64,000 nucleotides of DNA from Candidatus Magasanikiibacteriota bacterium (GTDB lineage: Bacteria; Patescibacteriota; Patescibacteriia; Magasanikbacterales; UBA922), in assembly GCA_043825135.1 (NCBI GenBank), contig JBDRSF010000066.1, positions 6,355 through 70,354 of the forward strand, read 5' to 3'. The position numbers were made by a program, and so were the translations under genes. Of the stretch, positions 38,994 through 52,649 are shown piece after piece. Under the pieces are notes generated by a model. The model was not told the origin of the DNA, did no database searches, and saw only the letters and a list, made by a program, of their open reading frames with translations. How positions within the stretch are numbered: the stretch's first letter is position 1; the number at the start of each line of letters is the position of its first letter.

Positions 38994-40142
38994 TTATTCG
39001 TCCTCAACAAAAATATCAATATAATTTTTATACATATATGATTGTCCGTAAGTTTTATGTTTGTCTTTTGGTGTTAGGATGCCAATTTTAACAAATCTAT
39101 CAATGACTTTTTCTGCACCAACATAAGTAAAACCAGTCCATTTTTTTACATTATTAACACTAATAATTGGTTGGGCATATAATTTGGGTAACACTAACAT
39201 GGCACTTTCCGAAGCCCGTTTTCCAAAGGTGTGTATTTTGGCCATATCTTTTTCTCGCAGAGTAGTAATTTTACTAACAATTTCAATTGCTTCATTAGCA
39301 ATTTCTATTACACCATCTAAGAAAAAATCTACCCAGCCAGCAACATTACCGTGGTGATAACCAAGTAATTTTTCGTAGTATAGTTTTTGATGCTTTTTAA
39401 AAAAAGACGACAAAAATAATACCGGTTTTCCCAAATAACCTTCTTTCCAAAGATAAAAGGTGATTAACATTCTGCCAGTTCTACCATTACCATCTAAAAA
39501 TGGGTGGATCGTTTCAAATTGTGAATGTATTAATCCAGCTTTAATGACAGTTGGAATGTTATCATTGGTATGAATAAATTTTTCTAAGTCACTAATTGCG
39601 CGTTTCATTTCAGTAATTGGTGGAGGAACAAATCTGGCGTTGTCTGGTTTTGTGCCACTAATCCAGTTTTGACTTTTGCGGAATTCACCTGGGTCGGAAA
39701 AATGAGTGGTGCGTGCTTTTTGCATCAATTGTGCGTGCAATTCGCGGATAAAATGAAGTACCATAGGGAAATTATCTTGCCCCATTCTTTTGATGCCATA
39801 GTTTAATGCTTTTATGTAGTGGAGAATATCATCAACATCATCTGGAATATCACTATTAATTTTAGCTTCGGCGGTAATAGCATCTATCATTGTTGCCCGT
39901 GTACCTTCAATTTGACTGGAAGCCGAGGCATCTTTTCGTAAGTACATTAAAAGAAAGAAATCTGCATCAGGTAATAGTTTGGTAATGCCATCTAGCTTGC
40001 CAAGCAAACGGGAAGCTTCATTATTTTTTTTAAGGATTTTTTGGTCAAAATCAAAACCGTCCTTTGGGGGAAAAGGGTGGGGGACAAAGGCTTTAAAACC
40101 TTGAGATTGGGTTTTGTATACACCAATTTCTATTGTTTGCAT
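38994..40142 (-). CDS. Fic family protein
   Basis: HPFLDGNGRTGR Fic motif; SSQIEGT inhibitory-type helix. Confidence 0.93.
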   Translation of the reverse strand: MQTIEIGVYKTQSQGFKAFVPHPFPPKDGFDFDQKILKKNNEASRLLGKLDGITKLLPDADFFLLMYLRKDASASSQIEGTRATMIDAITAEAKINSDIPDDVDDILHYIKALNYGIKRMGQDNFPMVLHFIRELHAQLMQKARTTHFSDPGEFRKSQNWISGTKPDNARFVPPPITEMKRAISDLEKFIHTNDNIPTVIKAGLIHSQFETIHPFLDGNGRTGRMLITFYLWKEGYLGKPVLFLSSFFKKHQKLYYEKLLGYHHGNVAGWVDFFLDGVIEIANEAIEIVSKITTLREKDMAKIHTFGKRASESAMLVLPKLYAQPIISVNNVKKWTGFTYVGAEKVIDRFVKIGILTPKDKHKTYGQSYMYKNYIDIFVEDE

Positions 40143-40222
40143 AAGTTTGTATCTATCTTTTTATTAATATATACAAAGTATACCAGTTTGTATAATTTAT
40201 GTCAAGAGATATATACAAACTT
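40143..40222 (-). promoter_or_regulatory. fic promoter within nested inverted repeats
   Basis: TTGACA...TATACT on the minus strand; AAGTTTGTATCTATCTTTT / AAGAGATATATACAAACTT and inner TATACAAA/TTTGTATA. Confidence 0.55.
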
Positions 40223-40269
40223 GTGGATAATGTTTAGTGCGCGTCCGATGTTTTGGCTCTCTTCTAATA

Positions 40270-40365
40270 CTCCGGGAGCCTCTGGATTATTGAATAGTGG
40301 CTCCGAAGTGATGATATTTTGTTTTAAAATTTTATTTGGTAAGTTTGGCTCCCGGAGTCGGAGTT
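40270..40365. repeat. REP-like triplet ACTCCGGGAGCC / GGCTCCCGGAGT
   Basis: One forward and two inverted copies between convergent-strand genes. Confidence 0.55.
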
Positions 40366-40371
40366 TGTGAT

Positions 40372-41193
40372 TTATTCACCAAATGAAAGAACTTCATAAT
40401 TTACTCTATGTTTTTCTACGTTGAATGTTTTTTCAATTGACTCAACAACCTTTTCTCTATCATACGGTTTGCATGAAAAAATATCCATGAATACTTCATT
40501 TTCCAAACCATGAGGCAACACAAATGTGTGGATTGCAATGTGAGAAAAATCAATAACAGCAAAACCGGTAATGCCTGGATTTTCGGGTGCACCTTCCATT
40601 AAGTTTGGCCCATGGAGGATACTCATTCCAAGGGTTTTGATTGTTGTGATAATAAAGTTTTTAATGAAGTCTTTATCTGTTATTTTATCTCGATCCCTTG
40701 TTTTGAAGTCAAAGGTGATGTGAAACGCAGGAACAGTCATTTGATTAAAGCCAATGTATTTATCTCCGAGAAGAATCCCAACAAGGTTTCTAAGTAAATT
40801 TCGAATATTTTCAAACAAGAGAAATTGTTTCTTGTCATCTTTACAAAATGTCTCAAACCGATAGCTGAGGTCAGCAATCTTATTAAAAAGTAATTGATCC
40901 TTTTTCAATGTTTTATTTGTTATATTATTATTTTCTATCTCATCAATGACAAATTGTACGATTTGCATGAATGAGTGCATGGCCTGATGGCGATTATTTG
41001 ATAAAAGTTTTGCTTTCAGGCTGGTAATATCTATTATTTCTGATTCTATTTTAAGAGTCTTTTTAACATCTTCGTTATCAGAACTTATTTTATTGATTTT
41101 AGAACTAATATTACCCGAGTATTTTTCTAGTAGATGGAGTTGTTTTTTTAACTCCTTATTTATGTCGCCTATGTTTTTGAATCGATAATTCAT
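40372..41193 (-). CDS. Helical N-domain fused to S-adenosylmethionine decarboxylase-like domain
   Basis: H...D, GITGFAVIDFSHIAIHTF, MDIFSCKPYD. Confidence 0.78.
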   Translation of the reverse strand: MNYRFKNIGDINKELKKQLHLLEKYSGNISSKINKISSDNEDVKKTLKIESEIIDITSLKAKLLSNNRHQAMHSFMQIVQFVIDEIENNNITNKTLKKDQLLFNKIADLSYRFETFCKDDKKQFLLFENIRNLLRNLVGILLGDKYIGFNQMTVPAFHITFDFKTRDRDKITDKDFIKNFIITTIKTLGMSILHGPNLMEGAPENPGITGFAVIDFSHIAIHTFVLPHGLENEVFMDIFSCKPYDREKVVESIEKTFNVEKHRVNYEVLSFGE

Positions 41194-41333
41194 ACTTATA
41201 TTATTATGATCTATTAAATGTCTTAGTAAAGTTTCTCCAAGGGTCAAAAAGTGATTATATATAACTCTTTTATATCAAAACTAGTGAATTATTAAACTTA
41301 ATTTAGCTAAAAATAATTAAAAAATCTGTATTT

Positions 41334-41492
41334 CTATGTGGTTGGTAGGCTTTTATTATTATCCTTTTGTTTTTTGTTCGGTAAAAAATTCTTTTTTGAC
41401 ACGATTGATCGACCAGTTTTGCGTTCAATTTGTTTTCTGGCCGTGCCGGACACACGACCATCCTGCTGAACAATTTTTTTATAACTAACCAT
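41334..41492 (-). pseudogene. Internally deleted Bro-family gene remnant (52 aa)
   Basis: MVSYKKIV fused in frame to GRVSGTARKQIERKTGRSIVSKKNFLPNKK, which aligns with the C-terminus of the Bro protein at 26826 (GRIAGIAKEQLEKEIGKPVISKNNFLPKKK). Confidence 0.75.
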
Positions 41493-41613
41493 ATTAATAT
41501 TTTATTTTGTGTATATTTGCTGTTGACCGGTGATAAGATACTGCGAAGCGGGATCACCGGTCAATATGGTTGAGCATAGCGAACCAGATATATGCTGTTG
41601 TCGGATGTTTTAG

Positions 41614-42168
41614 TTATGATTCCAATGCAAAAACTTTACCCTTCTCTATACATTTATCCCAATTGTTTAAGGGTTTCCCAGATACCCAGTCGAGCAATGC
41701 TTCACAGGGAAAGCCATGACTTACAATGAGCACTTTTTTGTTCTTATTTTTTGCGTTAATATCTTTCATAAAATTTATTAGACGATTCAAAGATTGTGAG
41801 AAACTCTCTCCATTTGGATAAACATAGTCATTATCTGGATGCTCTTTAGTGAAAGCCCTTGAAGCTTGATATGGCTTTAAATCTAGATCACCTAAGTCAA
41901 TGTCAACAAGTCTTTCATCCAAAACAACTTCACAATTTGATGTCTCAGCAAAAAAGGCAGCAGTCTCCTGTGTTCGGAAGAATGGAGAGGAAAAAATTAT
42001 ATCAAAATCAGTGTATTTCTTGGATTCTCTGCTAACTACTTCTTTCCCTTCTGAAGTGAGACTATAAGCTTTTTGACTCTCCATTTTACAAGATTCAATG
42101 CCAAGTTCATTGTTTTTGGCTTTCCCATGTCTTATTATGTAAAAACTGTTTTGCAGCTCTATATTCAT
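41614..42168 (-). CDS. Histidine phosphatase family protein
   Basis: IIRHG, SSPF.RT.ETA, PNGES, LIVSHG. Confidence 0.92.
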   Translation of the reverse strand: MNIELQNSFYIIRHGKAKNNELGIESCKMESQKAYSLTSEGKEVVSRESKKYTDFDIIFSSPFFRTQETAAFFAETSNCEVVLDERLVDIDLGDLDLKPYQASRAFTKEHPDNDYVYPNGESFSQSLNRLINFMKDINAKNKNKKVLIVSHGFPCEALLDWVSGKPLNNWDKCIEKGKVFALES

Positions 42169-42213
42169 ATTAGTCTAAAGTAAGTAATTAAAATTTCTGA
42201 GAACTCCTTTGTG

Positions 42214-43647
42214 TTACAACTTAGTCATCTCTTGTCCCACACTAGTATCTTTCACTTCCCAGCCAAGTTTTTTAATTTCATCACGCAATTCATCAGATTT
42301 TTTATAATCTTTGGCTTCGCGAGCTATTTGGCGCTCGTCCAAAAGTTTTTGGACCTCGTCTGGTATTATTGTTTCTCCGCCAGAGGCGGATCCGCCTTGG
42401 GTGGAAATATCAAGACCGAGGATTTTATCAAATTCCAAAAGAGTAGGGTAGTCCAGTTTATCTTGCTTAAGAGACTCCCACACAAGAGCCAAAGCGCCCG
42501 GAGTATCTAAATCATCATTAATCCTTTCTAAAAATGTAGCATTTATCTCTTTATCTCCATTTATCTCTTTGTCTTTTATCTTGTTTACCTCTTTATATAG
42601 ACGATTGAGGCCAGTTTGCGCAGCTTCGAGGGCTTCCCAGCTAAAATTTAATTGTTTTCGGTAGTGAGTTTGAAGCAGGAAATAGCGATAAGCAATTGGA
42701 CTAATATTTTTTTCTTTTAAAGTTTGTAAGGTTATAAAATTACCAGCTGATTTCGCCATTTTTTCTGTGCCCATGTTTAAAAATTCGTTGTGTAGCCAAT
42801 ATTTTACCCAAGGTTTTTTGCCGGTCAATGTTTCAGATTGGGCAATTTCGTTGGTGTGGTGAACTGGGATATGATCAATGCCACCGCAGTGGATGTCAAA
42901 CTGTTCGCCGAGGTATTTCATTGACATTGCAGAGCATTCAATATGCCAGCCGGGGAAGCCCATGTGTTCGAAGGCTTGCCATTCCATTTGGCGTTGAGAT
43001 CCTTCGGGCACTGCGGTGCCCTCAGGATGGAGTTCGCTGTGACGCGAACTCCATTTCCATAATGCAAAATCTGTGGCGTTTTTCTTTTCACCCATATCTA
43101 CACGCTCACCAGCTTTTAATTCTTGATTTCTTAGATTCGCCATTTTGCCGTAGTCGTCAATTTTAGTTGTATCAAAATATATGCCGTCTGATGTTTCGTA
43201 AGTTACGCCTTTGTCAATTAGTTTTTGGACTAGATCAATTTGTTTTTGAATGTGATCTGTGGCTTTGCACCAGATGTTTGGTTCTTCAATATTTAGATCA
43301 TGTAAATTAGATTTGAAAGCTTCAGTATAAAACTCAGCGATTTCCCAAGCTGTTTTGCCTTCGCGTTTGGCGCCTTTTTCCATTTTGTCTTCACCAGCAT
43401 CAGCATCATCAGTCAGGTGGCCAACATCGGTAATATTCATGACGTGTTTTACTTTATAATTATTATATTCCAAAACACGCTTCAAAATATCTTCAAAAAC
43501 ATAAGATCGTAGATTGCCAATATGGGCAAAATTATAAACAGTCGGGCCACAAGTATAGAGTCCAACTTCTTTTGACTTTAATAAACCTTTTTTAAGAGGT
43601 GTAAAATCCTCTTTTTTTCTAGTTAAAGTATTGTATAGATTTAGCAT
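42214..43647 (-). CDS. cysS: Cysteine--tRNA ligase
   Basis: [29 protein letters not shown]. Confidence 0.98.
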   Translation of the reverse strand: MLNLYNTLTRKKEDFTPLKKGLLKSKEVGLYTCGPTVYNFAHIGNLRSYVFEDILKRVLEYNNYKVKHVMNITDVGHLTDDADAGEDKMEKGAKREGKTAWEIAEFYTEAFKSNLHDLNIEEPNIWCKATDHIQKQIDLVQKLIDKGVTYETSDGIYFDTTKIDDYGKMANLRNQELKAGERVDMGEKKNATDFALWKWSSRHSELHPEGTAVPEGSQRQMEWQAFEHMGFPGWHIECSAMSMKYLGEQFDIHCGGIDHIPVHHTNEIAQSETLTGKKPWVKYWLHNEFLNMGTEKMAKSAGNFITLQTLKEKNISPIAYRYFLLQTHYRKQLNFSWEALEAAQTGLNRLYKEVNKIKDKEINGDKEINATFLERINDDLDTPGALALVWESLKQDKLDYPTLLEFDKILGLDISTQGGSASGGETIIPDEVQKLLDERQIAREAKDYKKSDELRDEIKKLGWEVKDTSVGQEMTKL

Positions 43648-44006
43648 AAAATTTTATTGTTAAGTTAGGTTTATTATAGTTGAAAAAGGCGGTGGTGTAA
43701 AGAGAAAGTTTCACGACACACGATCTACGTAACAAAATTCGTTTGTGTAGATGTAGTGAAAAATTTTGACTTTTATTTTGAAAATAAAGTCTGCGCTAGA
43801 CCAGACCCCCACCCCACTTCGTGTGGGCTCCCCCTTATAGGGGGAGAGCATCTGGGTCGTGTTGTGTGGGTCGTGGGTCATGTTCTAGTGGTATTGTTTT
43901 TTAAAATGTGATATAATAATTTAGTCAAAAGTCCATAAAGTCTATAAAGTCAGAAAGCTTTAATACTTTATAGACTTTATAGACTTTTTACTTTATAGAC
44001 TAAAAT

Positions 44007-45149
44007 ATGTCTCTATTTTCTAAACACGAAGCATACCTTGGTATTGATATTGGTGCACATGGAATCAAGCTGGTTGAGCTTCACAAAACCAAGGGGCGAC
44101 CACAGCTTTGGACCTATGGCATTGTTGATCAGGATTTGGATATTCATTTACCAAATATTCACGACAAAACTCCAGAAGAAATTTTACTTTCAGAAGATAG
44201 TGTTTTTCTCAATTCTCAAGATGGTAAGACAAGGAAAAAACCAAAAGAATTACCAGAATTAGATGATCCAAGAATTGATAAGTATGCCAAACTTTTGAAA
44301 GAATTAGCAAAAAGGGCAAAAGTAACAACCAATTTGGCAACTGCTAGTTTGCCGGTTTCTTATATTTTTCATGCAATTTTGAATCTGCCAAAGATGGAAG
44401 AAAAAGAACTAGACAAGATAGTTCGAGCTGAAATTACCAAAATGTTATCACGTCCAATGGAAGAAATGCAGATAGTACATCAAAAAATTCCCAATGATGA
44501 TGAAAAATCCAAGAGTATGAGTATTTTAGTGACAGCTGTCCCTAAAATTCTAGTTCAATTTTATACTCTTATTTTTCAAAAGGCTGGATTACAGCTTCAA
44601 GAATTGGAGACAGAGGCCTTTGCTTTAGAGCGTTCACTTGTTGGTCGTGACAAGGCTACATCTATGGTGGTAGATATTGGAGCCGAACGAACTAATTTTT
44701 TTATTATTGATCAAGGTTTACCACTCACTCATCGCAGTGTTAGTGAGGGTGGTTATAGTATTGATGTTGAATTATCTAAGTTATTAGGAATAGAAAAAGA
44801 TTTAGCATCACAAATAAAAAAAGATTTATCAAAAATGGATAAAATTCCAGATCACGTTTTTATGCCATTTATTGATATTATAACCAAAGAAATTGAATAC
44901 AGTTTTGATTTATTTTTAAGTCAAACTGGTAATAAAGGGAAAAAACCAGAAAAAATAATTTTGACTGGCGGGGCTTCAGTAATGCCTTTTTTTAAAGAAG
45001 AAATTCAAAAGAAATTTCCTCTTAAGGTTTTTGTGGGTGATCCTTGGGCCAGAACAGTTTATCAAGATAGTTTAAAGCAAATTTTGGATGATATTGGACC
45101 TAGAATGTCAGTAAGTATTGGTTTGGCGATGAGAAACATAGTGAAGTAA
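44007..45149 (+). CDS. pilM: Type IV pilus assembly protein PilM
   Basis: LGIDIG..IKLVEL, VDIGAERT, ILTGG, IGLAMR. Confidence 0.9.
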   Translation: MSLFSKHEAYLGIDIGAHGIKLVELHKTKGRPQLWTYGIVDQDLDIHLPNIHDKTPEEILLSEDSVFLNSQDGKTRKKPKELPELDDPRIDKYAKLLKELAKRAKVTTNLATASLPVSYIFHAILNLPKMEEKELDKIVRAEITKMLSRPMEEMQIVHQKIPNDDEKSKSMSILVTAVPKILVQFYTLIFQKAGLQLQELETEAFALERSLVGRDKATSMVVDIGAERTNFFIIDQGLPLTHRSVSEGGYSIDVELSKLLGIEKDLASQIKKDLSKMDKIPDHVFMPFIDIITKEIEYSFDLFLSQTGNKGKKPEKIILTGGASVMPFFKEEIQKKFPLKVFVGDPWARTVYQDSLKQILDDIGPRMSVSIGLAMRNIVK

Positions 45150-45361
45150 TTAGTAGAATTGGAGCGAGATATATACGGATTACTGATAATGCGGATTTAC
45201 TGATGTTACGGATAAAATCGTCAAATCTGTATATCCGTTAATCCGTTATCCGTATATATCGTAAGGTATAAGTTTTAGAAGCAAGATTTGCTTTTATCCA
45301 CACCTACTTTCACAAAAATCATAAGTCTGGTATAATAAAATAAATTCTTAATTACAATTTT

Positions 45362-45748
45362 ATGGCAGTAGCAAAAAAAATTCATGTTCTTTTAGTAGAA
45401 GACGATACTTTTTTGGCCAACATCTATCAAACGAAATTTACCATGGAGGGTTTTAAGGTATCTGTTTCTGAAAATGGTGAAACTGGTCTAAGTGATGCAA
45501 AAAAGAAAAATCCTGACATTATCTTGTTAGACATACTGTTGCCAAAATTAGATGGTTTCGCTGTTTTGGAAAAATTACAAGCCGATGCTGAATTAAAAAA
45601 GATTCCAGTTATTTTGTTGACGAATTTAGGTCAAAAAGACGATGTTTCCAAGGGTCTTGAAATGGGTGCTAAAGATTATTTAATAAAAGCTCATTTTAAA
45701 CCATCTGAAGTGGTAGATAAAGTTAAGGAAATTTTGAAAATAAAATAG
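45362..45748 (+). CDS. Single-domain response regulator
   Basis: LLVEDD, PDIILLDILLPKLDG, LTN, DYLIK. Confidence 0.93.
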   Translation: MAVAKKIHVLLVEDDTFLANIYQTKFTMEGFKVSVSENGETGLSDAKKKNPDIILLDILLPKLDGFAVLEKLQADAELKKIPVILLTNLGQKDDVSKGLEMGAKDYLIKAHFKPSEVVDKVKEILKIK

Positions 45749-45786
45749 TAAATTATGAATATCTTACACGGAAAGGGGGTGGAAAT

Positions 45787-46218
45787 ATGAATAAAAAAGG
45801 TTTTACATTAATTGAATTGCTAGTTGTTATTGCTATTATTGGTTTATTATCAACATTGGCAGTTGTTGCTTTGGGTTCAGCTCGTCTAAAAGCTCGTGAT
45901 TCAAAACGTTTATCAGATTTGAAACAAACTCAAACCGCATTAGAACTTTATTACACTGATAACAGTGCTTATCCAACAGCTGCCTCCTCAACAATTATCG
46001 GTACAGATACTCATGCTTGTTTGAATTCTGCTGGTTTTGCGTCTACTGGTTGTGCTACTCCATATATGGGTCAAGTTCCTTCTGATCCTGGTTCTGGTAC
46101 TTATACTTATGCCTCAGCTGATGGCATTACTTATACCATTACTGCCACTCTTGAGGGTACTGTAAGTGGTTTATCAGGTACAGTTCAAGCAACACCATCA
46201 GGCATTGCTGGTTCATAA
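45787..46218 (+). CDS. Type IV pilin
   Basis: KKGFTLIELLVVIAIIG prepilin motif; purine-rich SD-like GAAAGGGGGTGG upstream. Confidence 0.93.
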   Translation: MNKKGFTLIELLVVIAIIGLLSTLAVVALGSARLKARDSKRLSDLKQTQTALELYYTDNSAYPTAASSTIIGTDTHACLNSAGFASTGCATPYMGQVPSDPGSGTYTYASADGITYTITATLEGTVSGLSGTVQATPSGIAGS

Positions 46219-46246
46219 TACAGATTGATCGCTTAGCTAAGCAATT

Positions 46247-46274
46247 AAAGACCCCCTCTATGCAGGGGGTTTTT
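46247..46274 (+). terminator. Intrinsic terminator after pilin
   Basis: AAGACCCCCT-loop-AGGGGGTTTTT. Confidence 0.75.
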
Positions 46275-46587
46275 GTTTGTGGTATACTATACACACAAAA
46301 ACACTCGGCCTGTGCCGGCCTAAAAACACTCTCCCGACTTCGTCGGGATAAAAACACCCGGCTTGACGGCCTCAAAACACGAAAACACCCAGCGGTGGAA
46401 AAACACTACTCAATAAAGATAAAAATATAATAATTCAATCAAAAAATATATAATATAAGTTTAAAAAGTAAAAACCTTTAATTTAAATTGGATGTACTAG
46501 AAAAATGTGTTTTTGTGTTTTGAATCCGACGAAGTCGGATGGGTTTTTTGAGGCCATTAGGCCGAGTGTTTTTGTAAGATATTATTT

Positions 46588-47361
46588 ATGATACTTTTCT
46601 ATTACATAATCACATTCACACTCGGTCTGTGCTTCGGTAGTTTTTTGAATGCATTGGTTTGGCGTACGTGGGAAAATATTTGTATTGCCAATGATCGTTC
46701 AATGTGTCCCCATTGTCACAGGTGTCTAGTTTGGTATGAAAATATCCCGGTTTTAAGTTACATTTTTCTTGGTGGTAAATGTAAGACTTGTCGGCGGGGA
46801 ATAACAATTCAGTATCCACTTGTAGAATTTTTTATGGGGCTGGCCTTTGTTTTTGTGGTGATGATTCGGGCTAAGGGTGATTTTTTACTTACACCAGAAA
46901 TTGTTCGTGATTGGTTTTTAGCTTTTAATCTGGGATTTATTTTTCTTTATGATCTGAAACACAAAGAAATTTTAGATTTTTCTACAGTCCCGACGATTAT
47001 TATTTTTATATTCTTCGCACCCGCCATAGGTTGGCATAGCTGGCAGAGTATGGGGTTAGGGTTTTTGATTGGTGGGGGAGTATTTATGGCGCAATATCTG
47101 ATGTCGCGCGGTAAGTGGATTGGTGGTGGCGATATTCGGTTGGGAGTTTTGATGGGTGTAGTTTTAGGCTTTCCAAATATTTTGTTAGCCCTACTTTTGG
47201 CCTATGTCGGTGGAGCGGTATTTAGTTTGATTTTAATTGGTTTGAAAAAACAAGATATGAAAGGCGAGACGCCATTTGGGACATATTTAGCGCTAGCGAC
47301 TTTTGTGACGATGTTGTGGGGAGAGGGGATTATTGGGTGGTATGTGGGGTTGCTTCACTAG
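46588..47361 (+). CDS. pilD: Prepilin peptidase
   Basis: GSFLN, RS.CPHC, NIP.LSY..L.GKC..C, YP.VE, GGGD, PFG.YL. Confidence 0.93.
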   Translation: MILFYYIITFTLGLCFGSFLNALVWRTWENICIANDRSMCPHCHRCLVWYENIPVLSYIFLGGKCKTCRRGITIQYPLVEFFMGLAFVFVVMIRAKGDFLLTPEIVRDWFLAFNLGFIFLYDLKHKEILDFSTVPTIIIFIFFAPAIGWHSWQSMGLGFLIGGGVFMAQYLMSRGKWIGGGDIRLGVLMGVVLGFPNILLALLLAYVGGAVFSLILIGLKKQDMKGETPFGTYLALATFVTMLWGEGIIGWYVGLLH

Positions 47362-47491
47362 GGTGTCATCCCGAGTGAGACCGAGCTCGCGTGAGGACGA
47401 ATCGAGCCTGCCTGCCGGTAGGCAGGGGATCCCTTTAGAAATATTGTTATATTGCTTTACTGTTATATTGTTAGAAATATTACAAAATACT

Positions 47492-48034
47492 ATGAAGAAA
47501 AAACAATTAAAAGAAGGAAAGTTAGAGGGTTGTCGGGGTTATAAATGCAATTGTGGTTGTTGTGATGATGATGTGGTTGAAGAATGGGTGAACGAATATT
47601 GTGCCTTTCATGATGAATGCAAACAAAAAATAATTGATTTAGGAATTAAAATCCATTTTATTGCCGATCGGGTTTATTTTACAAATTGCTCTGATGGTAA
47701 GAATTGTAAATTTTTAGAAATTACAAAAGATTGTGGTCAAGATTTGCGACCAATTGATTGTAAGATTTATCCTTATGCAGTTGATTGGGATACAATTGAT
47801 TTTGATAAAAAGATTGTCAAATTATATTATTGGGATGATGAATGTCCTTTGGCAAAATCTAATAAGATACCAGATGATTTTAAGAAGGAGGTAATAAAAA
47901 TATTGAAACGTGATTTTGCTTTATTGTTTTTTGGTTTTGATTTTAAATTTGTTTTTGAAAACAAAGTGATTGATCATCAATATGAAAAGACTTTGAAGAG
48001 GTTGATAATGAATCGGATAAAGACGACGACATAG
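47492..48034 (+). CDS. Cys-rich YkgJ-like (CxxxCxCxCC) putative Zn/Fe-S protein
   Basis: GCRGYKCNCGCC, C.FL, RPIDCKIYPY, CP; start at ATG 47492 because the upstream in-frame part is repeat DNA. Confidence 0.7.
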   Translation: MKKKQLKEGKLEGCRGYKCNCGCCDDDVVEEWVNEYCAFHDECKQKIIDLGIKIHFIADRVYFTNCSDGKNCKFLEITKDCGQDLRPIDCKIYPYAVDWDTIDFDKKIVKLYYWDDECPLAKSNKIPDDFKKEVIKILKRDFALLFFGFDFKFVFENKVIDHQYEKTLKRLIMNRIKTTT

Positions 48035-48204
48035 TTTTTATAAAAAAACCGCTAAAATAAGCGATTTTGGTGGAAAATTAAAGAATGTTATAACGTCCTC
48101 CCCCTAGCAAGGGGGAGACAGAGGGGGTGTTCGTCAACACCCAACGATATGAACCGGCGAACACCCCCCTTTATCCCCCCTTTTTAGGGGGGAGATATAG
48201 AAAA

Positions 48205-48272
48205 ACAAAAAAACCGCTAAAATAAGCGATTTTGGGGGAGTGAGAGTGTAAAAAGCCTTTTGGCACTCCATA
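48205..48272 (-). ncRNA. Candidate ~65-nt small RNA
   Basis: Promoter TTGACA(48306-48301)-17-TATACT with extended TG; GGAGTG..CACTCC stem; terminator 48211-48232 plus U run. Confidence 0.45.
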
Positions 48273-48447
48273 AATATAGTATAGCACATTTTGGGGGTTT
48301 TGTCAATAGAACGCCAATGTCATCCCGACCAAGGTGGAGGGATCCCTTTAGAAATTGAGACGAGTGTAATTATTGATATAAAATTTAACAAAAATTAATT
48401 TGAAATTTCAAAACAATTTTAAATTCACCTCGAGCAGAATAAAATAA

Positions 48448-51860
<3,413 letters not shown>

Positions 51861-51876
51861 TTTTTAATTTAATAAT

Positions 51877-52182
51877 ATGGATGAAACAAAACGTGGAGGG
51901 GTGGAATCAAGAGATGAATACATAAGAACGTACAGAAGTAAAATCGAACCCCTCATACCTGACATTAAATTATTTTATAGGGAGGATGGGGTCAAATTAT
52001 CAGATCAAGAACGTGATCAGATGTATAGTTCCTGTAGGGATTTAGATGGTATACATGATCAAATGGTTTTTGATATCTGGGGATTGGATCTGAGAGATCT
52101 GGGGTTTTCTGAAGAGGATTTAGAAATACTTAGACGTTTTGTAAATCGTTCTAGATCCACAAGGGATGGTTGGGAAGAATAA
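51877..52182 (+). CDS. Hypothetical protein
   Basis: 101-aa ORF filling the ligA-gatC gap. Confidence 0.55.
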   Translation: MDETKRGGVESRDEYIRTYRSKIEPLIPDIKLFYREDGVKLSDQERDQMYSSCRDLDGIHDQMVFDIWGLDLRDLGFSEEDLEILRRFVNRSRSTRDGWEE

Positions 52183-52198
52183 AATTAATAAAACTGAT

Positions 52199-52501
52199 GT
52201 GAAATTAAACGAGCAGGAAATAGAAAAAATTGCTAAATTAGCTCGGCTTGAGCTGACTAGCAAAGAAAAGAAAATGTATGCTGAGCAACTCTCGGTTGTT
52301 TTGGATTATGTGGAAATATTGAATGAAGTAGATACTGAAGGTGTAGAAGAGACTTGCCAGGTGACTGGTTTGGAAGATGTGGTGCGGGAGGATGAAGTTC
52401 ATGAGTGTGGTGAAGAAACAAAAGAGAAAATTATAGATGCTTTTCCAGAGAAGGTGGGGGAGTTGTTGAAGGTTAAGGCGGTGTTTGCTGAGGAAGAATA
52501 G
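52199..52501 (+). CDS. gatC: Asp/Glu-tRNA amidotransferase subunit C
   Basis: KIAKLARL, L.EVDT.GVE, V.RED; probable GTG start at 52199. Confidence 0.92.
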   Translation: MKLNEQEIEKIAKLARLELTSKEKKMYAEQLSVVLDYVEILNEVDTEGVEETCQVTGLEDVVREDEVHECGEETKEKIIDAFPEKVGELLKVKAVFAEEE

Positions 52502-52649
52502 TCAATTGATTCCCCCTTACGAAGGGGGAATATACACGAAGTGATTAGGTGGTTTTCATACGTGGTATTTTAAGACCTCATTACCTCTACGATAAACCCC
52601 GCCCCACTACGTGTGTTCCTCCCCTTCGAAAGGGGAGGCTAAATAGCTT

